Under the pieces are notes generated by a model. The model was not told the DNA's origin and ran no database searches. It saw nothing but the letters and a program-made list of their open reading frames with translations. A stretch of 57,462 nucleotides of DNA, filler included, from Sphacelaria rigidula (lineage: Eukaryota): assembly GCA_964200075.2 (NCBI GenBank). It is 5 parts of 5 records of this genome, joined end to end, with 100 filler letters (N's around TTAATTAATTAA, not from the genome) between each part and the next. Parts side by side here need not be neighbours in the genome. Positions count along the whole stretch, not along the records: positions 23,027 to 34,438 come from CAXNAA020004947.1; positions 34,539 to 45,950 come from CAXNAA020004948.1; 3 more parts are not named here. One strand, given 5' to 3'. The position numbers and the translations under genes were made by a program. Shown here in pieces: positions 24,991 to 36,789 of the stretch. Positions within the stretch are counted from its first letter, which is position 1, and each line of letters starts with the position of its first letter.

Positions 24991-27097
24991 ACGAAAAGTA
25001 TGCGGTTTGAGTCGGGCATGGTCAGTTGGAAGTGGAGCTTGAGTTATGAGCTGGAGGGCTTGTGAGAGGTGCCGCCCCGGAGATCTCTGGAGATATATAT
25101 TTTCTCATGAAACGGAAAAACTGATGTGAAACCAGTAAGCTCCTGCTTTCTATGACCGCACCCCACAGTTTCATCCTTGCCGTATTTAGAATCTACTCGC
25201 CGAATCTTCGGTGGAGTTGATGGAGGAGAAAAGGCCCGGGATTCACCGCCCGTGACTCGTAAACGTGTGAGATGGGCGGATAGCCGCGATGGTGGTTCCA
25301 TCGGAGAACAACCTCCTTCCCATCCGCCATGATGCGTCAGGGCCGGGCGGGCAGTGGGCCTTTTTTCTCTGTTCCAGCATCTCCGACTGACATAGCTTTG
25401 AGCGAGTAGGCGAGCGGGCAGCCGTGCAGCCCGTTGACGACGAAGTAGATGGCGCGGTTCGACTTCACGTGAGCGAGGTGGGAGACAGACGGCTCATCCG
25501 TGGCTGAGCCGCGCACACGTTGGTGTAGGCACAAGCAAACTTGCATTCAAGAGCAGCAACAACAATAACGGCAGTAGACGTAGTTTACAGCGGTGATGGG
25601 AAACGGTGGACTGAGCAGGGACCACAGCAGCGAGTCGGGGGCTGGTGTCCTTGCACCGCTGCCGTGTGCTCTAGGTTGCACGCCACTGAAAACTCGCCCG
25701 CAATCGCAAAGTGTGTCGATATTACTGAGTACGTGCGAGTCAGGCACCCCTCATGGTCGTGGTTCACTTGAAAAGCGCAGCCTTATCTGTCAGCGCCGCA
25801 ACACCGAGGAAAGGTGTCCTCTGGCGGGAGGGATTCTGATGCTGAGAGGTGCAGTTTCGGCTGGTGTGAGAGGGCCGAGGGCGATATGTCGCTGGCCAGT
25901 ACCGAGGCAAAGTGAGTAACTGGTGGACAAGTGGCAAAATATGTGCCGTTCGTGCCGGGATATCCCAAATTCGTTCGACCGGACTAGGACGCAAAGTGCA
26001 CGATGATGGTTGAGCATAACCAGGGGACCATTCAGTTAGCCAACAGCCCGCTAAGTATTGGATGCAGCGAGCCCACTGGCGTGCGACCCCATTTTTTAGT
26101 GAGATGGTTAAAGTAATACCCAGTTCTGATACATATCAGAAGAGCAACACCTAGACGTCATGACCAAGGCTTCACCTCTAGGTGGTTCCGAGTACCATAG
26201 GAATGCTTTTATGAGCAATCGAGTATACTGAGTAGTGTTCCTTGCATTCGTTCCTTCTGTGTGTTTGTTTGTTTTTTCTTATCAGAACCTAGTGTATGGT
26301 GCCTGATATCTATGTGTCTGAGTGAGTAGCCTCAGTTTACGCCAAGCGCGTGGCAACAATGCTAGAAGTGGCGGGTCTCAGATATCGAGGAAGTGTTGGA
26401 GTTGCTCCGGATCGCAGCTGCAACCTCGGCTGACCTGTGGCAGCATCAGCTACGAGCCAAATTTTTATTTCATAGCTGGTCGAGTTTGGTTTGTACTGAA
26501 TGACGGAAATAGTCTTCATGCAAAAGATGAATACGTTGAACATGTTGAGAAGGGGATTTACGACGTCAATTTTCGACTGCTTGAGTAGGTGAGTTTGCGG
26601 CGTTTGTGCGCGGCTGACATATTGTTTTTCCTGGTAAGTTCGAATTTTCTCGTCCGTCAGTTCTGCGTTGTGTAAAATGTCGAGGGTTCATCGGTTATTG
26701 ATGCTGAACGGAACCAGGGAGGATGTTGAACGAAGTGGCCATACTTCAGCTAACACGAACGGTATTGCTGCAAAGATGTCGTGGTGTCTGATGAGATATG
26801 TTGAGTGAGGGACAAAAAATGTGCGGGTAGGCGCCAATATCCGTGTAAACGTGTATATATCGGGCCACATTTTTTGGGTGTGTCACTCGCACACGGGATC
26901 ACTCCACCGTTTCTCTCTTCTAGTGCTTCTAAGTTGAGGGCATGGTTGGTAGTACGTTCGATGTCTTAAGCATTTTCGTCGTGCCTGTATTCGACTGCGC
27001 GGCAACCGTGTGTGCTGCGGTGCTGATGGTGCTAAGCAGGGTTTTCTTCGCTGTTTGATGGATATTTTTGAACAAATAGCCTTGATGAACAAGAAAC

Positions 27098-27346
27098 GAC
27101 ACTTTCTACGATAGCCCCCCGAAGAAAAGTGCCTGGTTTGGGGAGGCGAAATTTTCACGTAAATCGAAATGGAAAAAGGCGAGCACAAGGAGCAGCTGGG
27201 AATTCCCACGCTTGGGTTCATTCTCGCCAATGTCGCCCATGCGAGGCGCTTCATGCAGCCTGAACCCCAACATCAGGCGCTGTATGTCCATTTTTTTCGT
27301 GACACTTTTGAGCTGGTTTTGGGGGAGGGGTATCGTAGAAAGTGTA
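27098..27346. mobile_element. MITE, copy of 19727-19975
   Basis: Same TIRs and internal sequence. Confidence 0.85.
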
Positions 27347-28737
27347 AAAAAACTCCGGGTTTTCCTCAATTAACTTCGGTTCCTCCACATCAAATTGTAC
27401 TGCACCAACGAATTGTTGGGTGGATGTTGTGTTCTTTTGGATGTTGATGTGCCAACAGTCTCCCAGCCTTCTCTCAGCTGTCCTTTAACTTCAAATACAT
27501 TACCGAGATCTGACGACCGGGTAACCTCACTGATCATAGAATCCTTCCACTCGCAGTGGCCGCCTGCTTACATCTACACACAATGTTGGACGTTTATCAC
27601 ACAGTCATTATTAGGATGCCAGTACCAAAAATAGTGGTGGACGCAGTCACACTGCCGTTGCTGGTTAGCTATTTGTTTTCGGTCATTGGGGAACGAAAGC
27701 CCAACGGAACTTGACCTTCCAAGTCGAACAGTTTCGGAAGGTCGTAACAGCGTCTTGCTTCATGAAATACGCAACTACTGCGTAGCTTTCTTCCCCTGAA
27801 TTAGATCTCCCTTTGTCATACAGCTCATCCTTCGCGATCGGCTTCTTCGTCGTGGGGTACACGGGATACGCTGGCAGTGTATGATCGGAAATGGCGCAAA
27901 TTAAATTAGTTCTCTCTATTTGCGTACTGCGCCCACCGCTACCAAAAGTTACCAGTGTCTCATCATTTCCATTTGTTGCCGCATTCGTTTTGGTCTCGTT
28001 AGTGCAGAGCTCCTGGGTGAGAGTATCTGCCCAAATAGTGTGATCTCTGGATAGCTGAGTCGCACGCTGCTCTGACGACTTCATTATTTCTATTGTATTG
28101 CTCGTGTACGACCTCCATACCCAACAAGGCATGCGGCAGGAGCCAATCGTATTGTTTTTCCTCGGGACAGGGACTAGATCTTAGCCTGGCGAGTTTTTTT
28201 GTTTTCCCCCCATTCCATGTATAGTAATTCAACCTACATGATGAACAGACGGGGAGTGGTTCAAAACACATCAAAGCTGCGACCAAGCACTTGCAGAGTG
28301 GCTGGCCGATCGCAAGGTTCTGATACTTGGTGAGATATGATGTGCGGAAGAAGATGGTTGTTCTTGGTTGCCACTTGACGTACAAAATGTGACCAAGAAC
28401 TACATCCCCCCAGAGTTGGTGATGGTTCAGGGAATAAGATCGCGTCTCATGATCCGAGAAGACATCTCTTCGAGAAAGAGCCTTCTTGACCCTTTCCGAC
28501 GTTTCTACCCAGACGAGGGCTAGGCGAATTCTGCCACCTGGGAATGATTTGTTGTACCATCTGAGAGGATTTCGAAACACTTCCGGGTTTTGGAGTGTTC
28601 GCAGTTTGACCTTGCTAATGAGCCAAGAACACGGAAGTGAACACGAAAGTGTCCATTGGTGATTTCCCGCGCGAATGACAAAAAAAGCTAAATGAGGGGG
28701 AGCCTACAAAAAATACAGTTTTTTCTGAACTTTGACC

Positions 28738-29467
28738 TGTGACGAAAATACGCCGTACGTTGAGTTGGTAGTCATTATATTGATAATGGCTAGGGGCACG
28801 GAGATTCTGGAGGATTCTGGATAGTGACCGGGGACACGGAAATGGTATGTATCTGCAGGTCTAGAAAGCTGGTGCCCTGAAAGATTGATTGATTGATTGA
28901 TTGATTGTCGCACTTAAACTGACCCCCACGGGTCCAGCCGTGGTCCCATGATAGACGTACCCAAGAGAAAAGAAATTCGAACACGCTCTAAGGAAAAGAA
29001 AAAAAAGGAACGGAAAAAAATAGGAAAAAAAAGAAAGAAAGAAAGAGGGGTCGAACAGAACGACATAGCAGACTAAGTCGTGACAAAAAAAGTAATAAAA
29101 ATTCAACACAAGCAAAGCACAGAAATACATGACCGACCTAAAGCAAGAAGAAGGGAAACAAGAGGAAAATACAAAGCAAATAAAAAAAAATACGATGAAA
29201 CGATGGGAAAAAAAAGAGTAAAGGAAAGAAAAAAAGGGCCTAAGGGATTCATGGCGGCAGAGTAGGTACAGACACACACCAGTGGGCACCACGGAGCCAC
29301 CGACTAAGGACATAATCAATAACCTACGAACCTACAACCTCAACAACGAAGGTCACTCCTGAACAATGAAAATGCTGTAAATGCTGACAACTGAAACTAA
29401 GGCCAGTAAGACTGGGGAGTCCCTCAACAGCAGTGACCCAACAGTGCTTCCACTGGCTGGCGTCACA
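28738..29467 (+). repeat. 5' LTR of copy 1 (contains a 464-bp insertion)
   Basis: Matches the other three LTRs on both sides of the insertion. Confidence 0.9.
28884..29347 (-). mobile_element. Non-LTR retroposon fragment with (CAAT)n tail, inserted in the 5' LTR
   Basis: Splits LTR sequence ccctggaag|gtcactcc; imperfect aaag/gaag duplication; same tail as 8899-9030. Confidence 0.8.
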
Positions 29468-29774
29468 ATATTGACATTAGTGCTAGTAGTGCTAGTGTTA
29501 GTGCTAGAAACCTGCTGGAAATAATTTCGGTAGGGGTCTGGGAGCTGTGGAAACCTGATACACCACGGACGCGTGGAGAGGGTTCCAGCTGAGGCAGCTG
29601 CAGCAAGGCGGCTGGCCTGTGATTGATCCAGACTGGAGACTTGCTGACGCTGCGATCACCGGGAGTTTGGACGCTCCGACGACTGTGTGGTGCGGTGACG
29701 AAGCAAGGAAAGTGCAATTCGCGAAGGTCCGCTGGCCTGCAGAGGTTCGCAGATAGCCAGTTACAGCTACAGCT

Positions 29775-30775
29775 ATGGCTACCGGCTCACGAGGTACGTC
29801 CACCGTGACACCCGTGGTCATGCGGGAAGAATTGCGACCTCCCCAATACGGGGACAGGTACTCAGGGAGTGCATCTCGCACTTTTTACACGAGGTATTTG
29901 GAGTACAAGAAGCGTGTGGAGCACGCTAATGCAGGGGGTGCCGTGCGGCATCAGGTGGTGACAATGGCTCAACAAGTGCCACCTCATGTACGGAAAGTGT
30001 TCGCTGGTTGGAACGTAATGAGAGCACCATCACCTCGCCGCAAGCAATTGCGGCGATCAAATATCATGCTGGGCATGCGGCGGGCGCCGAGGTAGATCTG
30101 ACCCAAGTGTCCCCGGCCGTGGCGAAAGCTGTCGCAATGGATTCTCGGGAAGAAACGATATTGGAGCGGGTGGAGCCCATCCTGTCCAATTTGGAAAAGT
30201 ACTTTACGGAAAACCCGAACGTGGAACTAGTATATCGTTTCCCCGATGGTGAGTTCATTCCTGGCCCGGCTACAGTAATCACTAAGATTTTGGTGGAGGG
30301 GTTGGCACCGGAAAAATTCAAGCAAGCTGTGCTTGTCAAGCTGCAGCACCAAACAGACTGGAAGGCCGACCCGTACCTAGTGATGAGCACCGTCGTGGCC
30401 GAGGCTAAGGAGTGGCGGAAAATAGAGGTGTTCGGCCAGTCGTCCACCCCTTCGCCGAAATCTTTGCACAACCATGGCTCGAAATCGGCCGGTCGCGCCG
30501 CGAGTATTACATGCCACCGCTGTGGCCAGGTTGGCCATTACGCGCGCGATTGCCCAAAGTCTTCCGGTGGAGAGTCTGGGCAGTCAAGTGCCGCGCGCCA
30601 TCAGCATCGTCAGCACAAGGGCAAAACACGAGGTAATCGTGGTGGCGGCGGCGGATCCTCCGGCGATGGAGGGTCGCAGGCGAGCCCTCAGCAGCAGCCG
30701 CAGCAGCAGCAGAACCAGCAGCAGCAGGGGCAGCGGCGCCGGATTGGCCTGGCTCTGAGTCCGGCGCCGCCGTAG
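29775..30775 (+). pseudogene. gag: gag of copy 1 (frameshifted) with CCHC zinc knuckle and Q-rich tail
   Basis: CHRCGQVGHYARDC at ~30512-30553; split over ORFs 29775-30095 and 30008-30775. Confidence 0.85.
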
Positions 30776-30798
30776 TTGCTGTTGCTCCACAGCGGGCG

Positions 30799-33760
30799 GT
30801 GCAGGTGGGCCCGACTTCTACAGAGTCGAACACTGCGCCGACGCCGGTGGTGGCGCCGGCGGCGACACCGGCAGCAGCGCCAGGCGAGACGCCTGTTGAC
30901 GCGCTGGTCGGAGGGTCGCCAAATTCTTGGTTTGCTGGCTGGGGGGCGTACCCACCTGCGGTGCCGTTTGAACCTGCCGGGGCGTCTTCGCCTGCGCAGC
31001 TTGCGCAGTTGTGGCGTCAAGTGGGATTAGCGGCGCATAGGTCAGAGGAAGAAGTTCCCGTGGAGCTTGCCGACAGATACATTCCGGCGGAGTTGTGTCT
31101 TCCGAATCAACGGCAGCGTGGAGCCATTGTGGTTCGGTCTGTGTTGGATTCTGGCGCCCATTTCACTAGTCTGCCGGTGCGGATGGTTGAGATGCTGGAG
31201 CGTCAACTCCCGGGTGTGTCGCTGCGCATCCAGTTTTCGCTCGGGGCGCGGCAGGCAGTCACCGCGTCGGGTCAGCATGTTTCAGTCACGTGGCGTACTG
31301 TTCCGTTGCAACTAGCCTTCAAGACTGCCTGGGGGCTGGCGCCGTTGCCTCCGATCTCGTTTGCGATTATGCCAGGGTCGGATGGCGTTGTTCTTCTGGG
31401 GCTGCCGACGCTACGGGATCTACGAGTCGAGTCGTATGAGCGGTTGAAGGACTCCATCAAGACGCGGATGTCTCCGCCTGGTCCGCACGTGAAGACGCCC
31501 GCCTTTTGGGGCAGTCGTCGAGTGAGTTCGTCGGTGGATGCTTTTCAGGAGGCTGGGGGGCAGGTGACCGAGGAGCGGGATGCGCCGGTGGAACGCTTAG
31601 TAGAGCGCGGCCCGGAGATGTTCATGAACCCGGCGGAAGAGGAGTCGGCTCGGACGGTCGCGCTGGAGGAGAGCGTGACGGATGCTGTGGCGACAGGCCT
31701 CAGCGCCCCCAAACCGGAACGCCTGTGCGGCATCTTGCACCGCCGCGTCAACGCGTTTCGTCGTGCGCTGCGGGGTGATCCTCCTGCGCGCGTGGAGCCT
31801 ATGTGTGTTTAGCTGAAACCTGGGGCATCCGCGGTGAAGGCGAAGCCGCGGCGGTACGATCCGGTGAAGTCGAGCTGGTTGGCGTTGTGCATGGCGGCTC
31901 TTCTGGCGCTCGGGTTGGTGTTACGAAATTTGCAGGCGGGGTGGTCCAGTCCAGATATGACGTTTCCGAAGAAGGCTTCATCGTGGACGGAGGGCAGGCT
32001 GCAAGCGTGGGCGGCAGCGAAGGATCTGGTGGCTCATGCCGTGACGCTGTTCCATCCTCGTCCTGATTGTCAGGTGTCAATGTTTCCGGATGCATTCGAG
32101 TGCCATTGGGGTAGTTTGGTCATGCAGGTGCCTACAGTTGAAATTTAAATGCCTGTGCGCGCTGTGGCTGTGTATGTTTCGTGTGAACCTGATGACTCGA
32201 TGCCGTCCAAATATGTTGTCCGCCAAGCGCAACGAAAAGACTTCGGGGCCGAAGATGCGGATGTGCAATCTTTCGAGTCGGACGTTGGTACTGCTATCTC
32301 GGACAATGAAAGTCTACTTCGTGTGCATGTGCGTGGCCGAAACGTTTTGTGGATTCCGAGTTCTGACAAGCAGTTGCAGGTACATCTGATTATTTGCGCG
32401 CACATGCGCGACACCGGGCATCGTGGTGTGGCTGCGACGCTCGTGAGCCTGTAAGAGTTTTGTGTCTGGCACGGGATAGAAACTCATGTGCGCTAATTTG
32501 TCCGCCAGTGTCTTCACTGTGCTGGCTCGAGGGCGGGCGATGTTGTTCCCCGCCCGCTCGGCGAAACGATCCATGGGACCACGCCGAATGAAGTCGTTAA
32601 TTTTGACTTCTTGAACGTGGGCAAGAGTGGCCCGCTAGCTTCCCAAGGTTTGTCGGACGATGGTTGGTTTCGATACATTTTGTTAGTCATGCAGTCATGG
32701 ATGATTTGAGCAACTTTGTGGCTCTGGGACCAGTAGCAGTGTGTACTGCTGAATCGACTGCTGCGTCTTTGCTGAATTGGTGCAAAACTTTGGGGGTGCC
32801 GCGTGTATGGGTGAGTGATACCGCCAGGCATTTCAAGAATGCGATCTTGGCCCGATTGCGAGAGGCTTTGCGCGTTGATCACCAGTTTACGGTAGCGTAT
32901 TCTCCGTGGTCTAACGGTACGTGCGAACGCATGGTCAAGGAAGTAGTTCGTGCTCTTCGCTCTATTCTTCTCGAGCAGCGTAGAGCGGTTTCCGAGTGGG
33001 TGGACGTGTTGTCGGCGGTGCAATGGGCGCTTAATGCAGCGTATCGTCGTCGTTACGATTGTACGCTGTACCACGTGATGTTCGGTCGTGCCCCTCGGAC
33101 GTCTTTCTCGGTGCTGGCGTCTTCGTCGACGGGGTGCAAGGTGATGTTTTGGATGATGTTCAAATTAAGAGTGCATTACAAGGAGTCTTGGACTTGCAAG
33201 AACGTTTCCACGTTCAAGTGTAGGAACGTGTTGCCGCTGGACGTGCGCGTACACGTGAGGGGTCTTCGTCGGGGCTGGAATTGCCTAATTTTAAAGTAGG
33301 CGACTATGTCTTGTATGCACGCGTTCGTCGAACGGATGTTACGCCCAAGTTGATGGCGACGTGGACTGGTTCATGGAGAGTGGTTGGTGCTCACCACCCG
33401 CACGTGTTTGAGATTCAGAACATTGTTTCCGGTCGTGTTCAGACCGCCCATGTAGCTCGTTTGCGTTTATGCGCAGGCTTGCAGCTTCATGTTACGGCTG
33501 ACGTGAAGGACGTGTTCCAGCATGCTTTCAATCGGGGGCAATTTCAGATGGCTGGTATAGTCCGAATGGCAGAAGCACATGATCGTTCGTTGATCGTATT
33601 GGTCGACTGGGTTGGTTTCGAAGTTGAGGAGCGTACGTGGGAGCCTTTCAAGGATATTGTCGAGGTTGCTCCGGAATTTCTCACGAAGGAGTTGCGTAAA
33701 TTGCGCGTGACTCGTGCCCTTGCTGCTCGCATTACGAGTGAGTTTGGTATTCACTTGTGA
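30799..33760 (+). pseudogene. pol: pol remnant of copy 1: aspartic protease, RT N-terminal and connection stubs, integrase, chromodomain
   Basis: VLDSGA protease; WSSPDMTFPKK; HMRDTGH..CLHC zinc finger; NFDF/VSDTARHF/NGTCERM catalytic core; LVDWVGFEVEERTWEP chromodomain; internal stops and frameshifts. Confidence 0.9.
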
Positions 33761-33833
33761 CTTACTCATCGCTTTGGCGTTTCTATGTTTCAAGCTTGTT
33801 GATCGATTTTCGTCCAATGCGCTTTGGGGGTGC

Positions 33834-34060
33834 TGTGACGAAAATACGCCGTCACGTTAAGTTGTTAGTGATCATATGGATAATGACCGGGGACACGGAG
33901 ATGGTATGTATCTGAGGTCTAGAAAGCTGATGATGCCCTGGAAGGTCACTCCTGAATAATGAGAATGTTGTGAAGGCTGACAACTGAAACTGAGAGAAGT
34001 AAGACTGGGGAGTCCCTCAACAGCAGTAATCCAACAGTGCTTCCACTGGCTGGCGTCACA
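33834..34060 (+). repeat. 3' LTR of copy 1 (227 bp; internal deletion relative to the 255-bp LTRs)
   Basis: tgtgacgaaaatacgcc...ctggctggcgtcaca. Confidence 0.9.
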
Positions 34061-34438
34061 GGTGTCACACAAAAAGTGCCCTGCTGCGCCCAATTCAAGG
34101 TATTTCTGGCCGAAATCGACCAGAATCTCCTCCACACAAATACGCACAACCACCCAAGGGATGCCGACGTATTTCTTTATTTTCACTGATCTGTACAAGT
34201 TTCCCAGTTTTTGCAGAAACTACAAATCGCTCTACTTTTCTGTTTTGTTTTGTTTTTTGCATCCCCCGGCAGGCTGCGCGTATTGATGATACAAAGTTCG
34301 TGTCAAAGTTTTAGCCCAACTTCTCGCATTACCCACAGCCGGGCCAGCTTGTGTGATACTACGTAACAACAAATTGTGCGAATTGAGGTTTAACTTCGAG
34401 ATGAGGCTCAAGCCTAAAACAGTGCTTTCCCCACACTT

Positions 34439-34538
34439 NNNNNNNNNNNNNNNNNNNNNNNNNNNNNNNNNNNNNNNNNNNNTTAATTAATTAANNNNNN
34501 NNNNNNNNNNNNNNNNNNNNNNNNNNNNNNNNNNNNNN
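34439..34538. other. Artificial contig spacer
   Basis: N44-TTAATTAATTAA-N44. Confidence 0.97.
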
Positions 34539-35691
34539 TTGAAGGTTTGCTTGATGAGTGATGTACTTCGGAAGGCTCCGTTCGAGAGTTGTGACTCCGG
34601 GAGACTCACAATAAACCGGACGGAGATTCTTACAACCCAACGCAGAGTCAAATCAAACACTACCGCACGCTCAACCACCAGAAGCTCCTGACTCATTGGT
34701 TAGCTTCTTTCTTGAGGACTGGTTCAGCCAAAGCAGGTGGTGGCTGGATGTACAACAGATGGTCAGAACCTTGAAGACGAGTTTGATCAACTTCTGCTGT
34801 ACTGCTGACCTGCAAACCGACGGTTTGAGAACGAAGTGATGCCTGGTGGCGATGGCCTATTATTGCCAAATCATCCTATAAAACACCACATGCTCTCGAA
34901 TAAGTTATCTAGCGCAAGATCCATCGACTCACGAGTTACTTCAAGCTGCGTAAACGTACACGCAGGCCTTTATCCGTCAGCAGCTGCTCCTGGTCATCGC
35001 TCAGCCGAAGTCGATGCCGTATGTCTACAAACCCACATCGTCCAACACCCGGTAGTGACCACGACGTACGTGCTTTCGAAACGCATCTACGCAGTTCACA
35101 AACTATGCTACGGTAAGGGTGCACGTTTTGCGCAAACCCTTGTCTAGTTCAGGGGCTCCTAACGACTCTAGATACACAAGAATATGGGTCGGGCATCCCC
35201 TATGGTAAGTTCATTCGGGATATCCCTAGCACAGACATATCCCCAGCACAGAGGTATGCTGAAATGGGCGTTCACTATTTTTTCCTGAAGAGGTGCGGGC
35301 GTTTTCGTCAAAAAGTGGTCTTTAGCATACTCAAACGCCCCATACCAGCGACAAATTGTGTCAAAACCAACCTGATCCATTGTTCTTCGTTCATCATGAC
35401 CTAGCGAGGTCCCGCTCAAAGTTTCGACACAAAACCACCATAATTGGGCCGGTGAAGGGCCTGCAAAATGCTGTTCCGACTTTCCATCGGCCCGGGCTGC
35501 AAAGGCGAGTTCGCCCGTTTTTACTTGGAGTTGGATCCTGAAGTTTGGTATGGTCAATCATCAGAGCATCAAACTCTTCACTTCCGAGTCCCAAAGATTT
35601 CTTCTGTTTTTTCATAAGTTCAGGGCAATAACCAGTTTTTTCAGGTTTTGGTAAAATACCGTTAAATCACCGAAGAAAAACGTTGGAAACC

Positions 35692-36755
35692 TGTGACGAA
35701 AACACGCCGTTACGTTGAGTTGGTAGTGATGATATGGATAATGACTAAGGGCACGGAGATTCTAAAGGGTTCTGGATGATGACCGGGGACACGGATATGG
35801 TATCTGCAGGTCTAGCTGGTGCCCTGGAAGGTCACTCCTGAATAATGAGAATGTTGTGAAGGCTGACAACTGAAACTGAGGCCAGCAAGACTGGGGAGTC
35901 CCTCAACAGCAGTGGTCCAACAGTGCTTCTACTGGCTGGCGTTACAACATCGATATTAGTGCTAGTGCTAGTGCTAGTGCTAGTGCTAGAAATTTGCTGG
36001 ACAACATTTCGGCGGAGTAAGTGTGGCAGCTGGGGACAACCGGACATCACGGGAGCGTGACGGGCGTTCAAGCTTGCGGTGGCTGCAGAAAGACGGCTGG
36101 CCTGCAATTGATCCAGACTGGAGACTTGCTGAAGCTGCGTGCAGCGGGAGTTTGGAGGCTCTTACGACTGTGTGGTGCGGCGACGAGGCAAGGAAGTGTG
36201 CAATTCGCGAAAGTCCGCTGGTCTGTGAAGGTTCGCAGGTAGCCGGCTGCAGCTACGCGTACAGTGAGCGGTTCGTTTACTACGACCAGCGTGACGCCCG
36301 TGGTTATGCGTGAAGAATTGCGACCTCCCCAATACGGGGATAGGTACTCACAGAGGGCATCTCGCACTTTCATTACGAAGTAGTTTCAGTACAAGAAGCG
36401 TGCGAAGCACGCTAACGCAGGGGGTGCTGTGCGGCATCAGGGGGTGCCAATGTCTCAACAAGTGCCAAAGTATGTGCAGAGAGTGTTTGCTCGTTTGGAG
36501 CATAACGAAATCACAATCACCCCGCCGCGATTGGTTGCGGCGACCAGAAAGCATGCTGGGCATGCGGCGGGCACTTGCCACTGTTGTGGCCAGATCGGCC
36601 ACTACGCGTGCGATTGCCCAACGTCTTCCGGTGGAAGGTCTGGGCAGTCTCATGCCGCGCCCCATCAGCATCGTCAGCACAAGGGTAAAAGACGAGGTAA
36701 TCGTGGTGGCGGCGGCGGATCCTCCGGCGGTGGAGGGTCGCAGTCGAGTCCTCAT

Positions 36756-36789
<34 letters not shown>

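Larger units (their letters stand above)
28738..34060 (+). mobile_element. Ty3/Gypsy chromodomain LTR retrotransposon, copy 1 (RT/RNase H-deleted, degenerate)
   Basis: LTRs TGTGACG...CGTCACA at 28738-29467 and 33834-34060; G-rich tract before the 3' LTR; order gag(CCHC)-PR-RT remnant-IN-chromodomain. Confidence 0.92.

Noticed and set aside
29468-29510. CRISPR-like or spacer array after the LTR
   Set aside because: Simple TAGTGC hexamer tandem without spacers; eukaryotic context.
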